The notes beneath the pieces are model-generated. The model was not told where the DNA came from. It did not search any database and saw only the letters and a program-made list of their open reading frames with translations. Of a stretch of 64,000 nt of DNA, positions 31,269 to 40,926 are shown piece by piece. Within the stretch, counting starts at the first letter, position 1, and every line of letters starts with the position of its first letter. The position numbers were made by a program, and so were the translations under genes. Source of the stretch: an uncultured Spirochaetota bacterium (GTDB taxonomy: Bacteria; Spirochaetota; Brevinematia; Brevinematales; JAOACQ01). Location of the stretch: positions 64,001-128,000 of the forward strand of contig CAWIGG010000005.1 of NCBI GenBank assembly GCA_963835575.1. The letters run 5' to 3'.

Positions 31269-32664
31269 GAGTTTTTGTCAAATGTTGTGTATGACATACC
31301 CTCTCATTTTTTTATGCTGCCTTTTTTACAAGCTCTCCGTTCTCAAAAACAGCGCCTTCCAATACAAGGCTAATCTTTTCATAACCTCTTAATTTTCTCC
31401 ATCGCCTGGATGCCTTATCCAGTAATTTATAGACCATTATTAGAATCGTTTCCCTGGTTCCGCAGCCTCTCATCTTTTTAGTTCTTAATCGAACTGTAGA
31501 GAAGGTAGATTCTATTACGTTTGTCGTACGGATATGTACCCAATGTTCCGCCGGACAGTTATAAAATTCGATCATAAGCTCCCAATCCTTTTCTAAACAT
31601 TCGACAGCTGCTGGATATTTAGGATTAAAAACCGCCTGGAATAATTCAAAAGCTTTGATAGCATTATCCTTATCAGGAGCATTGCATATCTCATGAAGCA
31701 TCTCTTTTGCCTTTGACTGTAATACTTTGGGCAGCTTGTTTAGAATGTTCTTTATCTTATGAACCCAGCATCTCTGCCATCTGGATTCAGGATATACTTC
31801 TTTGGCTGCTTTCCAGAATCCAAGGCTTCCGTCTCCGATAAAAAGAATAGGACCTTTCAAACCTTTTTCTTTTAGGTTTCTTAATATCCCTAACCAAGTC
31901 TCGGAATTCTCTCTGTAACCTTCTTCAACAAGAATAATCTCCTTTTCACCATTCTCATTGGCTCCGATCATTACAAGAGTGCATAAACGGTCTTCGCTGC
32001 CCTGTACATTGAAGTAAATGCCGTCAACCCATATATAGCAATACTTTTTATCGCTTAAATCGGATGTCCGCCACTCATCATATTCTTTACCCCATCCTTG
32101 TTTCATTCTGCTTATACTTGAGGCTGATAATCCTTTCGCTTCTTCACCAAGCAATCCTCTCAAGGCATTCTCCATATCCATCTCTGAGACTCCATAGAGA
32201 TACAACAATGGAATGGCTTCCTCAATTCTCAGGCTTTTTCTCATATACGGCGGTACTATTAGGCTTTGAAAATTGTCGCCTCCGAGTCGGTTCCTTGTTC
32301 TCGGAATACATACATCAATAGCCCCTCCACCAATGAGAATCTGACGGGCTTTATGATACCCATTTCTTACTATTGCCTTTCTCCCGTCTTCGATAGTTAA
32401 ATGCTCTCTCTCCTGAAGAAACCCATTAATTTCATCTTCCAGAGCCTTCTTGATTATTTCCCTGGCCCCGATCCTTGCCAATTCTTCAAGACATAAAAAT
32501 TCTACTGTTTCATCTTGATTAAAAGCCTGTAAGAGCTTAAAATCTTCGTTGTGCTTCGGCATATGGCGTATTCCTCCTTTTGTTTATTGTCGTAAATAAA
32601 TTATAGAGGGTACGCCATCTTTTTTATAATATTTATTCCTATACACAACTTTCTATTATAACTC
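31269..32664 (-). mobile_element. IS256-family insertion sequence
   Basis: Imperfect TIRs GAGTT......AA.GTTGTGTAT; 9-bp TSD TATTTTTCT (31260-31268 and 32665-32673). Confidence 0.92.
31312..32562 (-). CDS. IS256 family transposase
   Basis: RNGY, LYLYGVS, WVDG, IGDG, QRCWVHK, RTTNVIES. Confidence 0.95.
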   Translation of the reverse strand: MPKHNEDFKLLQAFNQDETVEFLCLEELARIGAREIIKKALEDEINGFLQEREHLTIEDGRKAIVRNGYHKARQILIGGGAIDVCIPRTRNRLGGDNFQSLIVPPYMRKSLRIEEAIPLLYLYGVSEMDMENALRGLLGEEAKGLSASSISRMKQGWGKEYDEWRTSDLSDKKYCYIWVDGIYFNVQGSEDRLCTLVMIGANENGEKEIILVEEGYRENSETWLGILRNLKEKGLKGPILFIGDGSLGFWKAAKEVYPESRWQRCWVHKIKNILNKLPKVLQSKAKEMLHEICNAPDKDNAIKAFELFQAVFNPKYPAAVECLEKDWELMIEFYNCPAEHWVHIRTTNVIESTFSTVRLRTKKMRGCGTRETILIMVYKLLDKASRRWRKLRGYEKISLVLEGAVFENGELVKKAA

Positions 32665-32677
32665 TATTTTTCTTACA

Positions 32678-33313
32678 TTATTTGTTAAACGTAAGAGCCA
32701 ATAGATCAATTACAAACAAACAGAATATTTCTTCGTTTAAGGAAAAATGTTTTGTGAAAGTCCTGCCGGCAATTGATAGTTCATGAAAAAATCCTGTTAT
32801 CAAGAATATAATGGAATATGTGAAATTCACTGTTTCTAAATCAGTACGAATACTCTTATCTTCTTTTCCTTCATCAACAAGTTTCATTATTTTTTTAAAA
32901 AGAAAATCATCAAATTCTAAGAATTTCTTGTAATGAGGACTGTCTATATCGTCTGTTTTAACAAACCCCACATAATTCATCAAACTGAATTTATCAGGAT
33001 TATCTATATAGAATTTATAATAAGCCAGTAATCCTGATTTGACTTTTTCATAACCATTTGTTCCCGATGTTATTGAAGATTCCAGGTAAGAATTAAGTTT
33101 CTCATAACATTTTTGTACTACCGCAAAAAATAGGTCTTGTTTATTAATAAAATATCTATACAACGTTTTTTTTGTGAATTCCGAATTCTTGGCTATTTCA
33201 TCCATGGAGCAATTTTCATATCCTTTTTTGGAAAAGAGAAATTCGGCTGTCCTGATAATTTCCGATTCCCGGAATATCTTTTCTCTCTCTCGTCTTGACA
33301 AACTATCATCCAT
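32678..33313 (-). CDS. TetR/AcrR family transcriptional regulator
   Basis: LF..KGY...SMDEIA...EFTKKTLYRYF..K.DL HTH. Confidence 0.93.
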   Translation of the reverse strand: MDDSLSRREREKIFRESEIIRTAEFLFSKKGYENCSMDEIAKNSEFTKKTLYRYFINKQDLFFAVVQKCYEKLNSYLESSITSGTNGYEKVKSGLLAYYKFYIDNPDKFSLMNYVGFVKTDDIDSPHYKKFLEFDDFLFKKIMKLVDEGKEDKSIRTDLETVNFTYSIIFLITGFFHELSIAGRTFTKHFSLNEEIFCLFVIDLLALTFNK

Positions 33314-33356
33314 TTTTTTACCCCCTTCTTAAATTAAAAAATTTTTTCAAAAGTTA

Positions 33357-33416
33357 TTGACAAAATAAAAATAATTAGGTATACTATCGGTATACTATAT
33401 ACCAGTCAAGTATACC
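33357..33416 (+). promoter_or_regulatory. sigma70 promoter with GTATAC dyad repeats (likely TetR operator)
   Basis: TTGACA-17-TATACT overlapping GGTATAC..GGTATAC..GTATACC. Confidence 0.65.
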
Positions 33417-33452
33417 ATATTTTAACAATGAAGTCAATTTCAGGAGGTTGAT

Positions 33453-34322
33453 ATGAACAGAAAAATAGGGATTTTTTACTTTTCCGCGACGGGAAATACT
33501 GAAATCATTACAGATTTAATAAAAAAAGAGTTTATAAAGCATGATTTTCGTGTTGAAGTCAAAAAAATCGAGGATATTATGCAAAATAAAATTACGATTA
33601 ACCCGGATGAGTATGATTTAATAGGAATTGGAAGTCCGGTAATAGCTTTTGCAACTCCAAAAATTGTTCATAATTTTCTAAAAGTTATGCCGGACGGAAA
33701 TTCAAAAAAAATATTTATCTTCAAAACCGCTGGAGGTGTCGCCCCCCGCAATTATAACGCCTCAGCATCTATGATCAAGAAATTAACGAAAAAAAAATAT
33801 GACGTTATTTATGAAAGAATGTTTTCGATCGGCAGCAATTGGATCTTTAAATTCGACAATGAAATAACCAAACAACTCTATAAAGCTGCAATGCATAAAG
33901 TGGAAATTATGTGCAATGAAATAATAAATGGTAAAAGACGATCATTAATTGCTCCAATTTCTGTAAAAATTATGACAGGCAGTCTCTGGCTTCTTGATAA
34001 AATAATCGTCAAATTTATTGCTAAGGACTATAAAGTAAATAAAGCTTGCAACCTCTGCGGAGTATGTATAAAAAAGTGCCCCTGCCAGAATATTCACCAA
34101 AAAGAAGATAAGATAAAATTCGGGCTTTCCTACACCTTTTGCATGCGATGCGTCTATATATGTCCGAAGAAGGCGATTTCATTTAGAATATTTTCATTTT
34201 TTGCCATTAAGGAAGGATACAATCCGCATACTATTTTAAACAGCCCGGATACCAATACTGATTTATCAAAAATATTTGTTCCTCCTTTTTTCAAAAATTA
34301 TGTCCAAAATGACGATTTATAG
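33453..34322 (+). CDS. EFR1-type flavodoxin/4Fe-4S ferredoxin fusion
   Basis: YFSATGNT flavodoxin loop; CNLCGVC...CP and YTFCMRC...CP. Confidence 0.85.
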   Translation: MNRKIGIFYFSATGNTEIITDLIKKEFIKHDFRVEVKKIEDIMQNKITINPDEYDLIGIGSPVIAFATPKIVHNFLKVMPDGNSKKIFIFKTAGGVAPRNYNASASMIKKLTKKKYDVIYERMFSIGSNWIFKFDNEITKQLYKAAMHKVEIMCNEIINGKRRSLIAPISVKIMTGSLWLLDKIIVKFIAKDYKVNKACNLCGVCIKKCPCQNIHQKEDKIKFGLSYTFCMRCVYICPKKAISFRIFSFFAIKEGYNPHTILNSPDTNTDLSKIFVPPFFKNYVQNDDL

Positions 34323-34331
34323 GCTATAAAT

Positions 34332-34838
34332 ATGGACAAAGAAAATAATCCGGTGTTTAAACTTTATTCTAAAGCTTTTAAAGATGGACAAGCAATTCCA
34401 GATGCTTATTCAAGCACTAAAAAAGGAAAAAATATTTCTCCTCCGTTTTACTGGATCAATGTACCTGATAAGACTGAAAGTCTCGTCCTGATGCAAGAGG
34501 ATATAGACACCCCATGGTTATTTTCCGCTTTTATTGGGAAAATCATCATACATTGGATTATGTATAATATTCCTTCAAATAAAAGAGAATTAAAAGAAGG
34601 AATTCCTGTAAAAAAAATTTTAAATGATGGCAGTATTCAAGCAAAAAATATATTCCGGCAAAATGGTTATCTTGGGCCGAATCCTATCTGGGGAATGCAC
34701 AGATATAGATTTACGCTTTATGCACTGGATATAATTGTTAATTCACAAAAAATACTGAATAAAAACAAACTGGTAAAATTTATGAAAGGCCACATTTTAG
34801 CTCAGGCGCAAATAATGGGATTTTATACAAAAGAGTAA
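34332..34838 (+). CDS. YbhB/YbcL (PEBP) family protein
   Basis: NISPP, D.DTP, HWIMYNIP, GYLGP.P, HRYRFTLYALD. Confidence 0.9.
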   Translation: MDKENNPVFKLYSKAFKDGQAIPDAYSSTKKGKNISPPFYWINVPDKTESLVLMQEDIDTPWLFSAFIGKIIIHWIMYNIPSNKRELKEGIPVKKILNDGSIQAKNIFRQNGYLGPNPIWGMHRYRFTLYALDIIVNSQKILNKNKLVKFMKGHILAQAQIMGFYTKE

Positions 34839-34907
34839 ACCCTTCTTGAGTATACTATTTTTTATGTTATACTATATTAATTCATTAATCAGGAGCAGAC
34901 AAACGTC

Positions 34908-36116
34908 ATGAACAAAAAGGAAAATTACAAAACACTCTTGGACAAAGATCTTCTATCGTTTTTCAGAAAGGTCATCCGGCTTTCATTCTCTTTTCCTTCT
35001 TTGGTCCCTTTTGCGGTCAAAACCCTGTTCAACCAGGCAAAAGCGGCCAGATTGAGAAGGTATTGGAAATCAAAGTCTCTGGAAGTGCCTCCCATATTGA
35101 TAACAAGCATTACAAATCGCTGTAATTTAAAATGCGCGGGCTGCTATAATAAAGCCCAGGAAAGGACTGAGGGCGGCGGCATTGACGCCGGTTTATTCAA
35201 AAATATTCTTTCAGAAGCAAAAGAGATAGGTTCTTTTATCGTCTTCCTGAGCGGAGGCGAGCCTATGACGCGCCCCGATATTTTATCCCTGACAGGCGGC
35301 TTTCCTGAAATAATTTTTCCTCTTTTTACAAACGGACTTATCATTAATGAAAAGCATATCAATCTCTGGAAGAAACAGAAGAACATTACCCCGGTGATCA
35401 GTCTGGAGGGCAATGAACAGGCGACCGATAACCGCCGCGGCGGCGGAGTGTTTCAAAAAGTACAAGAAGTTTCGTTACTCTTGAAGAATGCCGGGCTTTT
35501 ATTCGGCTATTCCATGACAGCCACCAGGAAGAATTTCCTTGCATTGACGGATGAAACTTTTATTAAAAGCCTAATAAATAACGGCGCCAGGATATTCATA
35601 TTTGTCGAATACCAGCCCATTGATGAAGAAACCGGGAACCTGTCTTTAAACAATGAAGAAAGGAATATATTATTGGATAAGATCTCATTCCTGAGAAAGA
35701 AACTTCCGGGCTTATTTGTTGCATTCCCCGGCGAAGAAGAACAATACGGCGGCTGCCTTTCCTCGGGCAGAGGATTTCTTCATATCAGCGCCGATTCAAA
35801 TCTTGAGCCCTGTCCATTCGCCCCTTATTCCGACGTGAACTTGAAAAATATGTCTTTAAAAGAAGGTCTCCGCTCCGCCTTTCTCCGGAAAATCAGGGAT
35901 AATCATGCCGGCTTAAAAGAAACAGCCGGCTGCGCCCTCTGGGAAAAGAGAGAATGGGTTAAATCGCTTCTTCAACACAAAGAACAAAGATCAGAGGCGG
36001 GTAATATTCACTTTCTTCACCAGGCGCTTTTCCAGGCGGCTGATGATAAAAAAGTACAGCGCCCCCGCGGCCAGGCCGGAGGCAATGCTCAAACCCTCGG
36101 AGATGAAGAGCCTTAA
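34908..36116 (+). CDS. radical SAM protein (SPASM/Twitch-like C-terminus)
   Basis: CNLKCAGC, SGGEP, FTNG, GCLSSGRG, EPCPF; 3' end overlaps the convergent gene. Confidence 0.88.
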   Translation: MNKKENYKTLLDKDLLSFFRKVIRLSFSFPSLVPFAVKTLFNQAKAARLRRYWKSKSLEVPPILITSITNRCNLKCAGCYNKAQERTEGGGIDAGLFKNILSEAKEIGSFIVFLSGGEPMTRPDILSLTGGFPEIIFPLFTNGLIINEKHINLWKKQKNITPVISLEGNEQATDNRRGGGVFQKVQEVSLLLKNAGLLFGYSMTATRKNFLALTDETFIKSLINNGARIFIFVEYQPIDEETGNLSLNNEERNILLDKISFLRKKLPGLFVAFPGEEEQYGGCLSSGRGFLHISADSNLEPCPFAPYSDVNLKNMSLKEGLRSAFLRKIRDNHAGLKETAGCALWEKREWVKSLLQHKEQRSEAGNIHFLHQALFQAADDKKVQRPRGQAGGNAQTLGDEEP

Positions 36117-36383
36117 AAGAACAAAAGCCCCGAGGAAAACCAGAAGCGGCGCGATGAAGAGCAGGAACGCGATGAATATGGAATAGCCCTCGTTTATTTC
36201 GACACAGACTTTCGCGCCTTCCTCAAAGCCGGCGCGCGCGGTCAGTTCAATAAAGCGCTTTTCCGCCTGCGAGGAGCAGATCCCTTTTATACCGCATTTT
36301 TCACATGAGCCGGCCCCCTCTCCTTCTATCTTAATGATCATTTTACTGTCTTTGATTTTTTCAACAATACCGGTTTCCCGCAT
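35991..36383 (-). CDS. RseC/MucC family protein
   Basis: E.G.V, CEKC..KGIC, G..V, two C-terminal TM helices. Confidence 0.8.
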   Translation of the reverse strand: MRETGIVEKIKDSKMIIKIEGEGAGSCEKCGIKGICSSQAEKRFIELTARAGFEEGAKVCVEINEGYSIFIAFLLFIAPLLVFLGAFVLLRLFISEGLSIASGLAAGALYFFIISRLEKRLVKKVNITRL

Positions 36384-36424
36384 ATGCTTTACTCCCAGTT
36401 AATTGATATATATTCTTAAAATTC

Positions 36425-36736
36425 AACACGAAGACACGAAGCGATGCCCCGAGCTTGCCGAGGGGAGCACTAAGAATCACCAACTGAATATTTTTGTTTT
36501 TTATACTTTATGATTTATTTTACCTATTCGTGTTTATTCGTGTCATTCATGGTTCCCCGTTCAAGAACCTCTTCGCGTCAATTCGCGTGTATTAGCGGAT
36601 TACCCGTGATCTTCCGCTAAGTCACGCGAAGACACGCTAATTTAAATTTATTTTACAAAATCATTAGCTTATTCGCGTCATTAGCGGGCTTTTATTTTCC
36701 TTTCCCCTTCGCGTCCATTCGTGTGCATTAGCGGAT
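36425..36736. repeat. composite 9-nt-periodic arm cluster
   Basis: CACGAAGACACGAAG forward arm; TTCGTGTTTATTCGTGTCATTC and TTCGCGTCCATTCGTGTGCATTAGCGG reverse arms. Confidence 0.75.
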
Positions 36737-36836
36737 CATCCGGTCTTATTAAAGTATAGTGATTTTAATCCAATATTTCAAATTATAAGATTCTTTCCGC
36801 TTGACAAAACAGGGCTGTATTCGCTAAGATATCTTT

Positions 36837-37037
36837 ATGAAAAATAAAGATTGCAAAATTGCCATGAGCGGCCATGATGTATTAAAGCTATATATCAGGA
36901 ACGGATGGAAAGAGCTCCGGCAGAAAGGGAGCCATATTCAGGTCGGGAAAAACGGGAATGTCCAGACCATCCCCCTGCACCCGGCTCTGGCTTTCGGCCT
37001 TGAACACGCTTTATGCAAAAGATTAGAGGCGGTCTGA
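36837..37037 (+). CDS. hicA: HicA toxin
   Basis: NGW...RQKGSH, TIPLH motif. Confidence 0.85.
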   Translation: MKNKDCKIAMSGHDVLKLYIRNGWKELRQKGSHIQVGKNGNVQTIPLHPALAFGLEHALCKRLEAV

Positions 37038-37038
37038 A

Positions 37039-37467
37039 TTGCGCTATCATTTTATCATCCACCGGGAAAAAAAATCTTTATGGGCCGAATGCGTTGAGCT
37101 CAAATGGTGCGTCACTCAATCGGAAGATAATTCGAGGGAAAGCCTGCGGAAGAACATGGAGGAAGCGCTGAACCTTTATCTCGAGAGACTGGATCAGGAT
37201 GAGAAAATCATACTCCCGGAAAGGACAATAAAAAAAAGAAATATAGAAGCGGTTAGAGTCGAACCTTGTACGGCTTTTTCTCTTTTATTAAGACATGAAA
37301 GGAATAAAAAAGGTCTGGCCCCGGAAGATACTGCCCGGCTGTTGGGATTCAATGACTCTAAGAGCTATCAGAAGCTTGAAACTCCCGGGGCAAACCCGGA
37401 ATTTACCATCCTGGAAAAGATTATGAAGGTCTTTCCCGGTTTTGATCTGAATATGCTATTTAATTAA
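37039..37467 (+). CDS. hicB: HicB antitoxin with C-terminal HTH
   Basis: WAEC.EL..C.TQ...N..EAL.LYL; Xre-like HTH (SYQKLE..ANP). Confidence 0.8.
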   Translation: MRYHFIIHREKKSLWAECVELKWCVTQSEDNSRESLRKNMEEALNLYLERLDQDEKIILPERTIKKRNIEAVRVEPCTAFSLLLRHERNKKGLAPEDTARLLGFNDSKSYQKLETPGANPEFTILEKIMKVFPGFDLNMLFN

Positions 37468-37468
37468 C

Positions 37469-38140
37469 TTAAGGCTCTCCCGCCAACTGGCTTTCGCTGT
37501 CGATAAACTCCACCTTCATCCTCAACTGCTTGATCCTTGTAATGGAAGCCGGAGGCATATACTTCTGAGGGTTGATTTCAATGATATCGCCGTTCTTGGC
37601 GCTCTGGGACAGCAAATAATTAAACCGTTCTATAACACGGATAAAGCCCTTTCCACCGCACCTGTGGCATTCCCACCGGCTGCCGCTGCAGTCGGGACAG
37701 ACTGATTTGGCCGGCACTTCCAGCGGTACTGCGGCGCCAAGCTTCACCTCAAGAGGCGTCAGATAAACAATAATATCCTGGCCCAGGAATTCGACATAGT
37801 CTTTATGCTTGAGACTCCTGTGTATTCTGATTTCGCTCTTTAAGATTTTGTCTAAAGAAAGGCTGTACTCGATCCTGTCCTGAGGCGCTAAAAAAACAGT
37901 CGCGTTTTGATTTGTTTTTCTGACCGATTCGGCCGTCCATTCCTTATAGAGTTTTTTATTATATTCCTCTCTCTTTTTTTCATCAATGAGCGTTTTATAC
38001 GCGTCCAGGATCAATCTGTAATCAACTGAGGATCCTTTTGAAATATCAGGATGGTGCTTTTTCGATATTTTTCTGAAGCTTTCCTTGATCATATCCATTG
38101 TGGCATGGTAGGGCACATTCAGCATTTCATAATAATTCAT
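37469..38140 (-). CDS. DnaJ-domain protein with partial zinc finger
   Basis: NYYEMLNV, HPD, CPDCSG...CHRCGGKG. Confidence 0.85.
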   Translation of the reverse strand: MNYYEMLNVPYHATMDMIKESFRKISKKHHPDISKGSSVDYRLILDAYKTLIDEKKREEYNKKLYKEWTAESVRKTNQNATVFLAPQDRIEYSLSLDKILKSEIRIHRSLKHKDYVEFLGQDIIVYLTPLEVKLGAAVPLEVPAKSVCPDCSGSRWECHRCGGKGFIRVIERFNYLLSQSAKNGDIIEINPQKYMPPASITRIKQLRMKVEFIDSESQLAGEP

Positions 38141-38429
38141 CTCTTTACTCTCTCAACATTAATAATATTAAGGCCGGCCTGAAAAAATGGCAATTAAAGA
38201 ATAAAAAAAGTTCCTGAAAAGTCTTGACTTTAAATTTTCTCATATATAATATATACATAAGTTCTATGCTTATTTAATATTAAAGCCTTTCTTGAGGTTG
38301 AGGCAGTATCCCGCCCTAAACCCGCCCGGCGAAGAGCGGCAGTCTGCTCTTCTCCTCAAATTAATAACTGATTAAAAGTAAAATAACATTTTAATTTTTT
38401 AGAGTATTAAATAGAGCGGAGGATTCAAT

Positions 38430-39179
38430 ATGTTCAATATCGCTTATGTTTATGTTTTAGTGTTTGTCGTCATTATTCTCTTCATGGTCATCAAAATCGT
38501 CACGGAATACGAACGTCTTGTTGTCTTCAGACTCGGGAAATTCTACAAAGTAAAGGGGCCGGGCCTTGTTATTATCATACCCGGCGTCGACAGGCCTGTG
38601 CGCGTAGGCCTCCGGACCGTTGCTCTGGACGTACCGCCGCAGGATGTTATTACAAAAGATAATGTGTCCATCAGCGTCAACGCGGTCGTTTATTTCAGGA
38701 TCATTCATCCTGAAAAAGCGATCATTGAGGTCGAGGATTTTATGTTCGCGACATCGCAGATTTCCCAGACAACTCTCAGGAGTATTCTCGGCCAGTTCGA
38801 ACTGGATGACCTCCTGTCGCAAAGGGACAAGATTAACGTTAAACTGCAGGAAATCATCGACCAGGCGACAGACCCCTGGGGCATCAAAGTGTCCACAGTG
38901 GAGGTTAAAGACGTTGTCCTTCCGGCGGAAATGAAGCGCGCTATTTCCATGCAGGCGGAAGCTGAAAGGGAAAGAAGGGCAAAAATTATCGCCGCAGAAG
39001 GGGAACTGCAGGCTTCGCAGAAGCTTCTGGAAGCTGCCCGGACTATGAGCCAGGAACATATTACCATCCAGCTCCGCTATCTGCAGACCCTGGTCGCGAT
39101 TTCTTCGGAGAACGCGACAACAATAGTATTCCCGCTCCCGATGGATTTAATAGAACTGCTGGGTAAGAATAAAAAATAA
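38430..39179 (+). CDS. SPFH/band 7 (slipin/stomatin) protein
   Basis: [43 protein letters not shown]. Confidence 0.95.
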   Translation: MFNIAYVYVLVFVVIILFMVIKIVTEYERLVVFRLGKFYKVKGPGLVIIIPGVDRPVRVGLRTVALDVPPQDVITKDNVSISVNAVVYFRIIHPEKAIIEVEDFMFATSQISQTTLRSILGQFELDDLLSQRDKINVKLQEIIDQATDPWGIKVSTVEVKDVVLPAEMKRAISMQAEAERERRAKIIAAEGELQASQKLLEAARTMSQEHITIQLRYLQTLVAISSENATTIVFPLPMDLIELLGKNKK

Positions 39180-39238
39180 AGTTTGAGGGAGGATTTCCGC
39201 CCCCCCCGCAGATAACTAATATTATAAGATTGTTTTCT

Positions 39239-39265
39239 TAAGAAATGCTCTTTTATTGCCGATTT
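39239..39265 (+). promoter_or_regulatory. sigma28 (FliA)-type promoter
   Basis: TAAG-N15-GCCGATTT upstream of fliS. Confidence 0.65.
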
Positions 39266-39325
39266 ATGATATGAAAATGAAATTCGATAAAAGAAGAGTT
39301 TATTTAAAGGATAAGCGGGGTCTGC

Positions 39326-39736
39326 ATGGAAGGATATAAAAACTACCGTGAAGTGGAAATCGAAACGGCCAGCGGCCTGCGCCTGGTGGTGATGTTATAT
39401 GCCGGAGCCATCAAGTTTTTAAATATCGCGAAAGAAGGGATCAACAGTAAAAAACTGGATGTGGCCAATAATAATATCATCAAAGCGCAGGATATCGTGT
39501 CCGAATTGATGACCTCTCTTAACTTTGATGCCGGTGAAATAGCGAGTAATCTATACAGCCTGTATATTTACATTAATAGACGCTTACTGGAAGCGAATAT
39601 TGAGAAAAACTCGGAGATTATTAATGAGGTAATACGCCTTCTCAGTTCGCTCAAGAACGCCTGGGAAGAGCTTTTAAAAAAAGAAAAAACAATCGATCCC
39701 GTTACTAAAACAAACAGTTTGAATATATCAGGATAG
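39326..39736 (+). CDS. fliS: flagellar export chaperone FliS
   Basis: TAS...LVVMLY.GAI.FL, KAQDI..EL...L, IA.NL..LY.Y, L..AW. Confidence 0.93.
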   Translation: MEGYKNYREVEIETASGLRLVVMLYAGAIKFLNIAKEGINSKKLDVANNNIIKAQDIVSELMTSLNFDAGEIASNLYSLYIYINRRLLEANIEKNSEIINEVIRLLSSLKNAWEELLKKEKTIDPVTKTNSLNISG

Positions 39737-39787
39737 TTCTCTGTTTGTTTAAAATCGGACCCAGTTTTTTGTAAGTGAGGTCTTCCA

Positions 39788-40921
39788 ATGCCGGATGAAA
39801 AGATTCAAGGCTTAGATGATATAATTACAGACATGAATATTGAAACCATTACACTCGATGATGTTGAGCTGAGTGATATTGAAAGTCTGCAGCCTGTTTC
39901 TACAGAGCCTTTTATATCGAATAATCTTTCTTCTTCAGAAGAAGTGTCTTACGAGACGGTTCATAATCCTATTGGCGATTCAAGCAGTCAGATATCCATA
40001 CCCAATCTTGACGTGATCCAAAATACCCCCGAACCGGAAATCCCTTCTGAAAATCCCATGGAATTCGATGAATCGATCAAAAAAGAAAGCAGCCTTTATT
40101 CAAAACGGGAAGGCATGGATGTTCTCAATAAATTATTTACGTCCGAAGATGATATTATTTCAATTGAAGGCAGCGAACTGGACAAACTTATTTATGGGGA
40201 TCTGAGCGGCGATCTGATTTATAAAGCGCCGACTTACGCCCCGACCCAGGAAGAAAGCGCGGCGCCGGTTAAAAAACCCGGAAAAACAGCAAATATTATT
40301 GATGATATTCCTGTTCTGGAAGAAGCTGCGATAGAGGAAGAAATTCCAATAATAATGGAAGAGACGGTAAAGGAAGAAAATCTTATCCCGGCCATGGATC
40401 TGGGCATAGAAGAGATTGATCTTACCGAAGAACCTTCTTCTGATAAAGAATTTAATTTTGATCTGTCCGCGATACCGGATGTATCCCGGGTCGAAGAGGA
40501 TGAGCCGATCGCTCTTTCAATTGATGAATTGAACAAAATAGACATCTCGGACGGGAATGTGATCGATTACGAAGCGCCTCAGGTCCCCGAAGTTTCAATT
40601 TCCGCTATTGAAACTGAAGAAGATGAAAATGTTGAGATTTCTCTCGATGAACTTAATAGAATCGAAGCGGATATGTCGCAATCGGACAAGATCTCGCCGG
40701 ATGCTTACGTTTTCGAATCCCCGGAATCAATAGAACAGAAAGAACAGATCATCGACGAAAAAATTGATCCCCTCAGCTCCGCATCAAAAGAAGAATTAAA
40801 GAAAGTACTGAAGTATATTGACAAGCTCCTTGAAAACCTGCCTGAAGAAAAAATAAAGGAATTCGCAAAATCCGAATATTATGACTTATACTCAAAAATC
40901 TTGAATAAATTAGGAATATAA
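39788..40921 (+). CDS. acidic low-complexity hypothetical protein with helical C-terminus
   Basis: 377 aa, Glu/Asp-rich; ends LKYIDKLLENLPEEKIKEFAKSEYYDLY..LGI. Confidence 0.75.
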   Translation: MPDEKIQGLDDIITDMNIETITLDDVELSDIESLQPVSTEPFISNNLSSSEEVSYETVHNPIGDSSSQISIPNLDVIQNTPEPEIPSENPMEFDESIKKESSLYSKREGMDVLNKLFTSEDDIISIEGSELDKLIYGDLSGDLIYKAPTYAPTQEESAAPVKKPGKTANIIDDIPVLEEAAIEEEIPIIMEETVKEENLIPAMDLGIEEIDLTEEPSSDKEFNFDLSAIPDVSRVEEDEPIALSIDELNKIDISDGNVIDYEAPQVPEVSISAIETEEDENVEISLDELNRIEADMSQSDKISPDAYVFESPESIEQKEQIIDEKIDPLSSASKEELKKVLKYIDKLLENLPEEKIKEFAKSEYYDLYSKILNKLGI

Positions 40922-40926
40922 GAGAA

